This document shows, one piece after another, positions 1 to 9,411 of a stretch of DNA of 32,000 nt. The stretch is from Candidatus Nanopusillus sp. (GTDB lineage: Archaea > Nanobdellota > Nanobdellia > Nanobdellales > Nanobdellaceae). The translations under genes were made by a program, and so were the position numbers. The notes under the pieces are model-generated. The model had not been told where the DNA came from. It saw only the letters and a list, made by a program, of their open reading frames with translations, and did not search any database. The stretch covers positions 1 through 32,000 of the forward strand of contig JAWDMD010000002.1 in the NCBI GenBank assembly GCA_046536775.1, written 5' to 3'. Positions within the stretch are counted from its first letter, which is position 1; the number at the start of each line of letters is the position of its first letter.

Positions 1-49
1 TGTTGTAGACAGGTATTTCTAGGACATGATCAACAGATAGAAGTAATTG

Positions 50-466
50 CTAAGTTAAAGAAATTTTAATTTTTCTTAATTGAATTATTTTTCTTATACT
101 TATCAAAAATATCGAAATACCAAAAAACAATACTATCGGATTTGGATATATACCATAATTGGATGCTACATTTCTTACTGCTATATCTATTATATTATTA
201 GAATTTAATGTAAAAGCCGAAAAAAGGATCAATATTGATATAAATAATGAAATTATATAACCATATAAATTATCTTTTCTTATTAAATAGATTGAAGATA
301 TCGATAGTAAAAAAATTATAAATAAGAAAATATTGATTGAAATATTAATATAATCTGGAAAAATTGATGGATATATAATAAAGGATATTAAGTCCAAAAA
401 TGTTTCTACAGAAAATAATAGTAAAAGCGTGTATAGAAATTCCTTCATTATATCTATATTATTCAT
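50..466 (-). CDS. hypothetical multi-pass membrane protein
   Basis: 138-aa ORF with about four helix-length hydrophobic segments. No recognisable catalytic motif and no competing ORF. Confidence 0.5.
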   Translation of the reverse strand: MNNIDIMKEFLYTLLLLFSVETFLDLISFIIYPSIFPDYINISINIFLFIIFLLSISSIYLIRKDNLYGYIISLFISILILFSAFTLNSNNIIDIAVRNVASNYGIYPNPIVLFFGISIFLISIRKIIQLRKIKISLT

Positions 467-989
467 ATTTTTTGAATTATAGAAAAATTTAAAAACTAAT
501 TATTATGGCTTCCTAAGCACAATCCTAATGCTTTTGACATAAGCTTTCTATTTTCTTTAAATTTATCTTTCTTTATGTTGTTTAATTATGTCTATTAATT
601 TATAATCACAATTATAAGGTTCTTAATTAAATTGTCAGTTCTTTTATTATTTATATTATTATTGCAATTTTCTATTGATCTTTTTATATCATTTATTGAT
701 ATTTGAGGAAATTTGTTTTTCGATTTTTCATTACAATTAATCTAATATTCATTTTTATATAATGATTTATTAATGGAGTTTCTTCAACTCTTTCTATAAT
801 ATCCTTAGGAGCTTTTATTATAATTTTCTATAATTCTCTTTGATTTATTGATAATACATTTCCTAATGCAAAATCTATGAATTTATTTTTATTTTCTCTT
901 ATAATTTGGGATTTACAATATCTTCTAAAGAAAAAATTGAGATTAGTTTTTAATATCTTTTCTGTAAAATTCGAAATTGTAATAAATAA

Positions 990-1910
990 TCAATCATTAT
1001 TTATTCTTAATCTTATCTCGCATGCTCTACAAATTTCTCTAGTAGTTGGATATCCGCAAATTTTACATTTTCTTAATTTTATAATATTTATCTTTTTATA
1101 ATCGCTTTTAGCTTTATATATTATTTCTAAAATATTTCTTAAGAAATTTCTATGAAATCCTGGATATTTATCTTCTAACTTGTATAATTTTGATCTGATT
1201 ATATCTCTAAATTCACCAACAATAAAAGGACATTCTCCAAAAGGCGGTTCTAAATTATTTAATATTGAATATAGCAGATTTTCTTTTTCTGTATTGAAAT
1301 AGAAAGGTTTAATTCTAGGAATAAAATCTTCTTCAACTATTCCCACATATGGACCTTCCTTCAACAGATCTTTTAAATTTCCTTCAAAAATATTCATTAA
1401 GATTGTTTGAACTTCATCGTTTAAATTATGTGCGGTTGCAAATTTATCTAGATTTAGATCTTTTGCAGCTTTCCACATTAACCATCTTCTCCATACACCG
1501 CAAATTGTACATGATTTGTATTCTTTTGATATTTTTACAGCCCGATCTAATCTAATATTAAAATATTCAGTAAATTTATATATTTTTATATTTAAATTAT
1601 ATTTTTTTGAAATTTCTAATAACTTTTCTGTATCTTTATCCCTATAACCCTTTATTCCTTCGTCAATATGAATCCCAAAAACCTTAATATTAAAATATTC
1701 ACTATATTTATTTAAGAAAAATAATAATGCATTCGAATCTTTTCCTCCAGAAACCCCAACACCAATTCTTTCTCCAGGTTTTATCAATCTATATCTTTCA
1801 ATTGTATTTATTGTCTTCTCTTCAAAATATTTTATAAAATGGTCTCTGCAATAATAATTTCCATCAATATCTTTATATATTGCATTATTACTACAAAAAC
1901 TGCACTTCAT
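990..1910 (-). CDS. tRNA 2-thiolation PP-loop ATPase (TtuA/Ncs6/Ctu1 family)
   Basis: N-terminal zinc finger (CSFC...CRDH), PP-loop SGGKDS, central Cys pair CTICGVWRR, C-terminal zinc ribbon CKIC...CRAC. Overlaps the upstream gene by 4 nt. Confidence 0.8.
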   Translation of the reverse strand: MKCSFCSNNAIYKDIDGNYYCRDHFIKYFEEKTINTIERYRLIKPGERIGVGVSGGKDSNALLFFLNKYSEYFNIKVFGIHIDEGIKGYRDKDTEKLLEISKKYNLNIKIYKFTEYFNIRLDRAVKISKEYKSCTICGVWRRWLMWKAAKDLNLDKFATAHNLNDEVQTILMNIFEGNLKDLLKEGPYVGIVEEDFIPRIKPFYFNTEKENLLYSILNNLEPPFGECPFIVGEFRDIIRSKLYKLEDKYPGFHRNFLRNILEIIYKAKSDYKKINIIKLRKCKICGYPTTREICRACEIRLRINND

Positions 1911-2923
1911 TTATTTATTTCTCTTATGAAATAATCTTTTATTGCAGGTACTGCATCATATATGAATTTACCCTTTACTTTTGTCCTAATCAATATTTTA
2001 CTTTCAGTCATTCTTTTTAATATATTTGATATTGCATGAATTGTTGTATCAGAATATCTCTCCTTAAATAATTTTAGCAATTCATTAACTGTTTTTGGAC
2101 CATATTTTGTTATTAATTCCACTATATATCTTTGTTTTTCTGTTAATTTTAATAAATCTATTGGAGGTTTCTTTGATTCATATATCTTATCTACAACATC
2201 TTTATCGACAATATTTTTCCTTTCTCTATACGCAATTAATAATGCTTCATACGAGTGTTTTAATATTTCTCTTGGTAAACCTCCAGATAAATTATATATT
2301 TCTTCTATTGCATCATCTGTAAATAGGTCTGGACTACCTGCAAGTTCCAATCTTTTTTTAATTAATAATCTACCGCTTTCAGGATCAAGAGATTTTAAAT
2401 ATATTTTTGTGATAATTCTTTCATATAATGTCCTGTGTTCTTTTAACAATCTTTCTTCAAATTCTGGCAAGCCTGCTAATATAAATGTGCAATTTGTTTG
2501 ATCCGATATAACTTTTATCCATTCTAAAATATTATCATCACAAAATGTAGCTTCATCTAAAAATATTATTAAATTTTTCTTATTTAAATATTCCACTAAA
2601 TTAAATTTCTTAAATTTGTATACTATCCTTTCAAAAAAAGATAATCTATCAATAAAGTACTTTTCAAATTCTTCCTTTTTTTCAAGAGGTCTATAAATAT
2701 ATATTTTATTCTTTGTTTTAAGATTATTGTATATCAACAATAATAATGTTGTTTTTCCTGCTCCAGTAGGACCAGAAACTAAAACAATTTTTTCTTTATT
2801 ATTTATAGAATTTAGTAATTTTGTTTTTTCTAAATCATATCCAACAAAAGTTTCTAAAATTACTTCTAGTTTAAAAGGATTATCTCTCAATTTAAAAAAA
2901 TTAAGCATTTCAGTATCATTCAT
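1907..2923 (-). CDS. AAA+ P-loop ATPase with C-terminal winged-helix-like domain (ExeA/Arch_ATPase/ORC-like)
   Basis: Walker A GPTGAGKTT and Walker B FLDEATF. N-terminal FFKLRDNPF resembles ExeA-like ATPases. The C-terminal ~80 aa look HTH/wH-like (KQRYIVELITKYGPKTVNELLK). The exact family is not resolved. Confidence 0.6.
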   Translation of the reverse strand: MNDTEMLNFFKLRDNPFKLEVILETFVGYDLEKTKLLNSINNKEKIVLVSGPTGAGKTTLLLLIYNNLKTKNKIYIYRPLEKKEEFEKYFIDRLSFFERIVYKFKKFNLVEYLNKKNLIIFLDEATFCDDNILEWIKVISDQTNCTFILAGLPEFEERLLKEHRTLYERIITKIYLKSLDPESGRLLIKKRLELAGSPDLFTDDAIEEIYNLSGGLPREILKHSYEALLIAYRERKNIVDKDVVDKIYESKKPPIDLLKLTEKQRYIVELITKYGPKTVNELLKLFKERYSDTTIHAISNILKRMTESKILIRTKVKGKFIYDAVPAIKDYFIREINK

Positions 2924-2978
2924 ATAAAATTTTTTAATAAAAACATTATTAAATTTAAAGAATATGATATGCTTATAT

Positions 2979-3051
2979 AGCCCCGTCGTCTAGTGGTCTA
3001 GGATTCAGGGTTTTGGTCCCTGAGACCGGGGTTCGAATCCCCGCGGGGCTA
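2979..3051 (+). tRNA. tRNA-Gln (anticodon UUG)
   Basis: Hand-folded 73-nt cloverleaf. Acceptor AGCCCCG/CGGGGCT with the A1-U72 pair typical of archaeal tRNA-Gln. Anticodon stem CAGGG/CCCTG, loop TTTTGGT. T arm CGGGG-TTCGAAT-CCCCG. CCA not encoded. GC-rich island in AT-rich DNA. Confidence 0.9.
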
Positions 3052-3292
3052 CTTTTAATTGAGATAATATGGTTCCTCTAATTTTGTATCAAGAATATAA
3101 ATATTTAAAGATTAAATAAAAGATTTTAATTATTGTTTCAACAATTTTTGATCCAAAATTTTAATAAATTTTGTAAGAGCTAAAGAGAATATAAATACAA
3201 TAATTATAATAATTAGATGAATCATTTTATATTATTTAAATCCAACTTTTATAGAGGAATATAAAAATAAAAATATTTTAATGATCTTTTTT

Positions 3293-3315
3293 AGTAGTAA
3301 GGCTGTCTTACTATT
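3293..3315. other. inverted repeat / hairpin (9-bp stem, 5-nt loop) in a long non-coding spacer
   Basis: AGTAGTAAG-GCTGT-CTTACTATT (one G-T pair). Lies about 65 nt upstream of the ORF starting at 3380. Function unknown. Confidence 0.3.
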
Positions 3316-3379
3316 TAAAAGTTATGTCAATTTTAGTAGGACCATGTATTTATAAATTATCATTTTTTTAGATAATATT

Positions 3380-4000
3380 ATGCTAGAAAGCATGATCAAC
3401 CAAATACTCCAAATATTTAACTATAATATATTAAAAATAATAGTAATTTCTGCTTCTATTATAATAATTGGATATTTTATAGGAAAACTTATAGCATTAA
3501 TACTTAAGATAATACTGAAAAAGGTCCTTGGTCTTGATAGATGGTTATATGATAAACAGATAATAACCACATATTCCCTTACAGATTTAATAGTAAATGT
3601 AACTAAGTTCTTTATATACTTTTATTTTATTGGATTTGCATTTTATATTGTTCCATATACTAGTAATATAGGAACCCTAATTTTTAATATACTAAGTAGT
3701 TTATTAATAATAATAGTAGTAATAATAATTTCATATGCAATGATGGAATTTATATTGAGATATTTTTTATATCCAGCAATCCAAAATTTTAAGTATGTAA
3801 ACTTTATATTGGGTTCAATAAGATTTATTGTTTTATTTTTTATGTTAGTATTAACACTTAGCTATTTAAATCTTTTATCTCCTGTTCTTCTCTACATGTT
3901 TATAATACTCTTTGGCGGAATAGTTATATCTATTTCAATTGCTATAGGCATAGCTTTATCAGATATATTAAAAGAAAGATTTAGAGATATAATAAAATGA
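3380..4000 (+). CDS. hypothetical membrane protein (possibly TM-helix-repeat / MscS-N-terminal-like)
   Basis: 206-aa ORF with about five hydrophobic helices. Overlaps the next gene by 4 nt (ATGA). The family assignment is only a resemblance. Confidence 0.45.
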   Translation: MLESMINQILQIFNYNILKIIVISASIIIIGYFIGKLIALILKIILKKVLGLDRWLYDKQIITTYSLTDLIVNVTKFFIYFYFIGFAFYIVPYTSNIGTLIFNILSSLLIIIVVIIISYAMMEFILRYFLYPAIQNFKYVNFILGSIRFIVLFFMLVLTLSYLNLLSPVLLYMFIILFGGIVISISIAIGIALSDILKERFRDIIK

Positions 4001-5163
4001 ACTATAAAGAAAAAATTATTATAATTAGTAATAGTTTAGTTGGGGGAATGTTAAATAGTTTATTCTTTGTTTATCCATATTATTTTAATTTTTCATCTAA
4101 TGTATATTATTCTTTAATTTCCATATCTTATATAGGATCGATAATAAGTTCAGCAATATTTGGAAATATTAAAATAAATGAAAAAAACTATATTAATATT
4201 GCAGTAATTGGTGTAATAGGACCTCTTTTATCTTCTATACTGTTAGTTTATCCAAATGTTTATTTATTAATATTATCATTCTTATTGTTTAATATTACAT
4301 ACTCATCTACATACTTTTCTTTTTTATTATATTATAAAGATGTAGGTTTAAACTTTCATTTTAATATTTATTGGACTTTTGGAGAAATAATACCACAAAT
4401 TTCTCTTCTTTTTCTTTCTTTAATCTATAACATATATATTGTTTCTATTTTGTTATTATTATCTACAATATTTATTATATATAGGAGATTATATTTATTC
4501 TTGTTTTCATCAGAATATGAATTAAATTTATTGAATAGAATTGATAAAATATTTTCAGTTGCAGAAAATAATATAGATAAATTTGGAGCTGTATATCCAA
4601 TATTTGAAGGTTTAGTATTCCCATTGAATATAAAAAAGTTAAGAATTGGATATCTAGAATTGTATAATCTATTTGTTTTGGTTGGATTTTCATTAGTTTG
4701 GACAGCTTTGGTTTATTCTGTAAATATGTTTTCTTTATCTACAATTTTTCCATTTTTATTATTTATAAATGGGTTATATACTTCAATCTTATATAAGATA
4801 TATAAAAGGGAAACTAATTTTAGAAATATAAAAATCGGAATACTTTCTAGATTTTTAATAGGTATTATAATATTATTATCTCTAATATTGTCTTTATCAA
4901 AAATATACAATGCTATGGTACTATTAGTATTATTTATACTAGCTGCATTTTCATGGACAATGTTTCAATATTTCTTTGATAATTATATAATATTAAATTA
5001 TCCACAGAGATTTGGAAATATATACTTATTTAGAAATCTTGGTGGTACAATAGGATCATTATTACTCTATTATATTTCAGTTCAATATGGTTTATTTTTA
5101 TCATTCATTATTTTAGGTATCTCTTTCTTTTTCTTAAATTATGCTTTAAAGAATTATAATTAA
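3997..5163 (+). CDS. polytopic membrane protein, possible transporter (MFS-like topology)
   Basis: 388-aa ORF with about 10-12 hydrophobic segments and no soluble domain. No diagnostic motif recognised. Confidence 0.45.
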   Translation: MNYKEKIIIISNSLVGGMLNSLFFVYPYYFNFSSNVYYSLISISYIGSIISSAIFGNIKINEKNYINIAVIGVIGPLLSSILLVYPNVYLLILSFLLFNITYSSTYFSFLLYYKDVGLNFHFNIYWTFGEIIPQISLLFLSLIYNIYIVSILLLLSTIFIIYRRLYLFLFSSEYELNLLNRIDKIFSVAENNIDKFGAVYPIFEGLVFPLNIKKLRIGYLELYNLFVLVGFSLVWTALVYSVNMFSLSTIFPFLLFINGLYTSILYKIYKRETNFRNIKIGILSRFLIGIIILLSLILSLSKIYNAMVLLVLFILAAFSWTMFQYFFDNYIILNYPQRFGNIYLFRNLGGTIGSLLLYYISVQYGLFLSFIILGISFFFLNYALKNYN

Positions 5164-5172
5164 TAATATTTT

Positions 5173-6615
5173 ATGGATATAAAGCTAAGAAAAATATCTG
5201 AAAATATATATGAAATACCCCAAGAAAAAGGAATGAATGTTCCGGTTAGAGTATATGCAAATGACAAGTTAATAGAAAAGATGAAAGAAGATAAAACATT
5301 AATACAAGGAAAGAATGTCGCTAGTTTGCCAGGAATACAAAAATATTCTATTGTAATGCCAGATGGACATGAAGGTTATGGATTTCCAGTTGGTGGAGTT
5401 GCAGCATTTGATATAAATGAAGGGATAATCTCTCCAGGTGGAATAGGATATGATATAAATTGCGGAGTAAGATTACTAAGAACAAATTTAAAATATGAAG
5501 AGATAAAACCAAAATTAAAAGAAATTGTGAATGAAATATTTAGAAATGTACCTGCAGGAGTTGGAGAAACCGGAAAAGTTGTTTTATCTGCCGGACAATT
5601 TAAAGATGCAGTAGAAGAGGGTTTAGAATGGAGTTATAGAGAAGGTTATGCATGGAAAGAGGATTTGGAACATGTAGAATCTTATGGTAGATTAAAAGAT
5701 GCTTCAATAGAACATATATCAGATTTATCAATTAGGAGAGGAATGGATCAATTAGGAACTATAGGGTCTGGAAACCATTTCATTGAAATACAAGTAGTTG
5801 ATAAAATATTTGATAAGGATATAGCAAACAAATTGGGAATATTTGAAGAAGGACAAATAACAATATTAATTCATACAGGTTCTAGGGGTTTTGGACATCA
5901 AATTGCATCAGATTATATAGATTTAGGATTGAAAAAATATAGGGAAGAAATAAATAAATTACCAGATAAAGAATTGGTATATTTACCCTTTCAATCTGAT
6001 GACGGAAATAATTATTGGAAATCAATGAGTGCTGCAGCAAATTTTGCATGGAATAATAGACAAATAATAACATATTTTATTAGAAAATCATTCCAAAAAG
6101 TATACAATCATTCAATAGAAGATATTGGATTAAATATTGTATATGATGTTGCTCATAATATTGCAAAAATTGAAGAATATAAAGTTGATGATAAAAGGAA
6201 AAAATTAATTGTTCATAGAAAAGGTGCTACTAGAGCATTTCCATCAGGTTCGGAAGAATTGGTTGAGGATTATAGAAAAATTGGACAACCAGTATTAATC
6301 CCAGGTTCAATGGGAACAGCATCATATGTATTGATAGGATCTGAAAAATCCATGGAATTATCTTTTGGATCTTCTGCGCATGGTGCTGGAAGAAATATGT
6401 CGAGAGCTGCTGCGAAAAGGTCATTTAATTATAATGAAATAATTAAAAATTTAGAAGAAAGAGGAATTTATGTAAAATCTACAACAAAAGAAGGTGTAGT
6501 TGAAGAGGTACCTGAAGCCTATAAAAATGTTGATGAAGTTGTAAAAGTAACTGATGAATTGGGTATTTCTAAAATTGTTGTAAGATTAAGACCAATAGCA
6601 GTTATAAAAGGTTAA
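5173..6615 (+). CDS. rtcB: RNA-splicing ligase RtcB (3'-phosphate/5'-hydroxyl RNA ligase)
   Basis: Full-length 480 aa carrying the conserved RtcB blocks MPDGHEGYGFPVGGV, GGIGYDINCGVRLL, GSGNHFIE, HTGSRGFGHQ, PGSMGTASYVL and SSAHGAGR. No intein insertion. Confidence 0.95.
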   Translation: MDIKLRKISENIYEIPQEKGMNVPVRVYANDKLIEKMKEDKTLIQGKNVASLPGIQKYSIVMPDGHEGYGFPVGGVAAFDINEGIISPGGIGYDINCGVRLLRTNLKYEEIKPKLKEIVNEIFRNVPAGVGETGKVVLSAGQFKDAVEEGLEWSYREGYAWKEDLEHVESYGRLKDASIEHISDLSIRRGMDQLGTIGSGNHFIEIQVVDKIFDKDIANKLGIFEEGQITILIHTGSRGFGHQIASDYIDLGLKKYREEINKLPDKELVYLPFQSDDGNNYWKSMSAAANFAWNNRQIITYFIRKSFQKVYNHSIEDIGLNIVYDVAHNIAKIEEYKVDDKRKKLIVHRKGATRAFPSGSEELVEDYRKIGQPVLIPGSMGTASYVLIGSEKSMELSFGSSAHGAGRNMSRAAAKRSFNYNEIIKNLEERGIYVKSTTKEGVVEEVPEAYKNVDEVVKVTDELGISKIVVRLRPIAVIKG

Positions 6616-6645
6616 ACTTTAATTAATATTTTGCAATAATTTTTT

Positions 6646-9066
6646 ATGAAAATATTTGTATTAGATTTTGATCATGATAAAGAAAAAATTTATATTTATG
6701 GAAGAGATGAAAATGGAAAAAAAGTAAGAATAGAATATGATCAACCATTTTATGTATATATAATATTAAAAGATGAAAAATATTTAGAAGAAATAAAAAA
6801 TAAATTGAAAGATGAAAAATATATAAAAAATCTTGAAATTCTAAAGAAAAATTTTATAGGAAAAGAATATAATGTAATAAAAGTTTATTTGAATCAAGAT
6901 GATTATGATAAAATAAAAAATTTTGCTGATAAGTTAAAAGAAGAAGGAAAAATAATTGGAAAAAAAGAAGGTGATATTAATATAATAAAAAAGTTTCAAA
7001 TAGATAATGATATATATCCATTATATACATATGATTTGGAATTAGAATTAATAAAAAAAGGAGATAATATAGATTATTACAAATTAAAGAAAAATAATGG
7101 AGTTGTTGAAAATAAATATAGGTTGAAGGTTATATCCTTTGATATAGAAACTGCTTCTAATAAATCCATAATATCACCAGAAAAAGCAAATATATATATT
7201 ATTTCAATATACGATGGAGAAAAATATTATTCAATTTTTTGGGGAGGAGAATCAAATGAAGGGATGAAAGTAAATAACGAATTGGAATTATTAAAAAAAT
7301 TTAATGAGATAATTAAAAGTTTAGATCCGGATGTAATTGTTGGATATAATTCAAATAATTTTGATTTATATTTTTTGTATGAAAAAGCAAAAATGTTGGG
7401 ATTTAATTTTGATTTTGGATGGGATGGAAAAGGAATAATATATACTAAAAAAAGGGAGGAAGATAAAAAATATAGGATAGTTGGAATACAAAATGTTGAT
7501 TTATATGATATTGTCACAACGATATTTGCTCCTCAACTAAATTCTGAAACATATTCTTTAGATGAAATTGCTATGGAAATATTGGGAGAGGGAAAATTAG
7601 ATATGAATTTAAATAAAATGTCAGATATAATTTATAATAAAAAAGATTTTAGTTACTTAATAAAATATAATAGAAAAGATGTAGAATTAACCTATAGACT
7701 ATATAAACATTTTGAAGGAATTTTATTAGAGTTAGCAAGATTGGTTGGAATTACATTATACGAGTTATCTGGAAGTACATATGGAATCCTTGTAGAAAAT
7801 TATCTAATAAAAAGGGCAAAAGAATTTAATGAAATAATACCAAATAGACCAGATCCGAATGAGGTAGAGAATAGAAAAAGGAAAACATATACTGGTGCTA
7901 TTGTATTAGAACCAAAACCTGGTTTGTATAAAAATATTGCGGTTTTTGATTTTAGATCTTTATATCCATCAATAGTAATTAAATATAATATTTCTCCCGA
8001 TACATTGAAATGTGAACATGAAGAATGCATGAAAGATAAGATAATTATTGAAACTAGTTTCGGAAAATCTGAGGTATGGTTCTGTAAAAAGAAAAAAGGT
8101 TTTATATCTGCAGTATTAGAAAAGGTATTTGAAGAAAGAGCAAATTTAAAGAGAGATTTAAAAAGTTTAGATAAAAATTCTGAGGAATATAAAATAATTG
8201 ATAGTAGGCAGACAGCATTAAAATATATAATAAATTCTACATATGGTTATTTGGGTTTTCCAAATTCTAGATGGTACTGTTTAGAATGCGCGGCTTCAGT
8301 AACTGCTTTAGGAAGAAAGCACATATTAGAAGTAAAAGATTTTATTGAAAAAAATGGATATAAAATTTTATATGGAGATACAGATTCTATATTTGTTATT
8401 GTAGACAATAAAGAAAATGCTCTAAATTTATTAAACAAAGTAAATAATATTTTGCCAAAACCATTGGAAATGGAATTTGAAGATTATTATATATCTGGAA
8501 TATTTGTGGAAAAAAGATCTGGAGAAGGTGGCGCTAGAAAAAAATATGCATTACTATCTGAAAATAAGAATATTAAATTAAGAGGTTTTGAGGTTGTTAG
8601 AAGAGATTGGTCAGAAATTGCTGGGGAAGTTCAAGAAAAGGTGATTAGGTTAGCTCTAGAAGGAAAAATAAAAGAGATAAATGATTATTTATCAGAAGTT
8701 ATTAAAAATATAAGAAATCATGTTTATCCTAAAGAGAAATTTATACTAAAGGAACAATTAAGAAAAGATCCATCAGAATATGAAGTTACGGCTCCACATA
8801 TTATAGCAGCAAAGAAATATAAAGAAAGAGGTTATGATGTTAGAAGAGGGTTCATAGTTGAATATATAATAACAAAAGGTGGTGAAAAAATTTCTGACAA
8901 AGTCAGAATATTAGATGAGGTTAAAGATAATGAATATGATCCAGAATATTATATATATAAACAGGCTTTGCCAGCTATAGAACCGATATTAAAAGCATTA
9001 AATATATCTGTAGAAAATATAGGAAAAGCTCAAAAAGATATATTATCATTTTTTAAAAATGGATGA
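6646..9066 (+). CDS. polB: family-B DNA polymerase (PolB), contiguous and intein-free
   Basis: Exo I FDIET, motif A DFRSLYPSIVI, motif B KYIINSTYGYLG, motif C YGDTDSIF. At 806 aa it has the normal length of an unsplit archaeal PolB. Confidence 0.95.
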   Translation: MKIFVLDFDHDKEKIYIYGRDENGKKVRIEYDQPFYVYIILKDEKYLEEIKNKLKDEKYIKNLEILKKNFIGKEYNVIKVYLNQDDYDKIKNFADKLKEEGKIIGKKEGDINIIKKFQIDNDIYPLYTYDLELELIKKGDNIDYYKLKKNNGVVENKYRLKVISFDIETASNKSIISPEKANIYIISIYDGEKYYSIFWGGESNEGMKVNNELELLKKFNEIIKSLDPDVIVGYNSNNFDLYFLYEKAKMLGFNFDFGWDGKGIIYTKKREEDKKYRIVGIQNVDLYDIVTTIFAPQLNSETYSLDEIAMEILGEGKLDMNLNKMSDIIYNKKDFSYLIKYNRKDVELTYRLYKHFEGILLELARLVGITLYELSGSTYGILVENYLIKRAKEFNEIIPNRPDPNEVENRKRKTYTGAIVLEPKPGLYKNIAVFDFRSLYPSIVIKYNISPDTLKCEHEECMKDKIIIETSFGKSEVWFCKKKKGFISAVLEKVFEERANLKRDLKSLDKNSEEYKIIDSRQTALKYIINSTYGYLGFPNSRWYCLECAASVTALGRKHILEVKDFIEKNGYKILYGDTDSIFVIVDNKENALNLLNKVNNILPKPLEMEFEDYYISGIFVEKRSGEGGARKKYALLSENKNIKLRGFEVVRRDWSEIAGEVQEKVIRLALEGKIKEINDYLSEVIKNIRNHVYPKEKFILKEQLRKDPSEYEVTAPHIIAAKKYKERGYDVRRGFIVEYIITKGGEKISDKVRILDEVKDNEYDPEYYIYKQALPAIEPILKALNISVENIGKAQKDILSFFKNG

Positions 9067-9379
9067 AATAAATGAATATGAGAAAATAATAGAAGATTTA
9101 GAAAATAAAATTAAAGATTTAAAAGAGGAATTGGAAAAAAATAAGAAAATGAAAGATGAAATTTATGATAAATATTTAAAATTAAAAAATACATTCGATA
9201 AGAATAATGAATATAATAAATTATTGGATGAATTAAAGATAATTCTAATGGAAATAAACTTAAAATTTAAAGATATAGATGATATTAAAAAAAAGGTATA
9301 TAATTTAGAATTAAAATATGATATGATAAAGAAAGAAATTGACGACATAAGAAAAGAATTATTAAAAAATATTTGGTAA
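9059..9379 (+). CDS. small coiled-coil protein, unknown function
   Basis: 106 aa, K/E/D/L/I-rich with heptad-like periodicity. Its start overlaps the polB stop by 8 nt (aATGGATGAaat), which suggests translational coupling. Confidence 0.5.
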   Translation: MDEINEYEKIIEDLENKIKDLKEELEKNKKMKDEIYDKYLKLKNTFDKNNEYNKLLDELKIILMEINLKFKDIDDIKKKVYNLELKYDMIKKEIDDIRKELLKNIW

Positions 9380-9411
9380 GTTTAATAAAATTTATTATAA
9401 ATAATTAGTTT

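Noticed and set aside
505-560. Slightly GC-richer patch with four alternating GCTT/AAGC words (possible small hairpins or a structured RNA)
   Set aside because: The stems are only 4-5 bp with several mutually exclusive pairings. There are no K-turn/ACA (H/ACA) or C/D boxes, so the evidence is too weak to call an ncRNA or terminator.
877-1101. 74-aa plus-strand ORF (and similar short antisense ORFs at 1349, 2095, 2727, 4475, 4713, 5882, 6230, 7227, 7800, 8247, 9163, 12722, 18637, 20004, 21548, 21696, 22301, 26900, 29153, 29682)
   Set aside because: All lie antisense to, or nested within, much longer ORFs that carry recognisable domains. They have hydrophobic low-complexity translations typical of AT-rich antisense frames.
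2939-2978. A fixed-distance TATA/BRE consensus upstream of the four tRNA genes (evidence for leaderless, RNase-P-independent tRNAs)
   Set aside because: The upstream 40 nt of the four genes are all A/T-rich. TATA-like words occur at differing offsets (about -20 to -35). With n=4 and this base composition, the signal cannot be told apart from background.
3130-3225. 31-codon minus-strand ORF (MIHLIIIIIVFIFSLALTKFIKILDQKLLKQ) in the long spacer after tRNA-Gln
   Set aside because: It could be a tiny single-pass membrane peptide. However, an ORF this short in AT-rich DNA is expected by chance, and I have no homology, ribosome-binding or conservation evidence.
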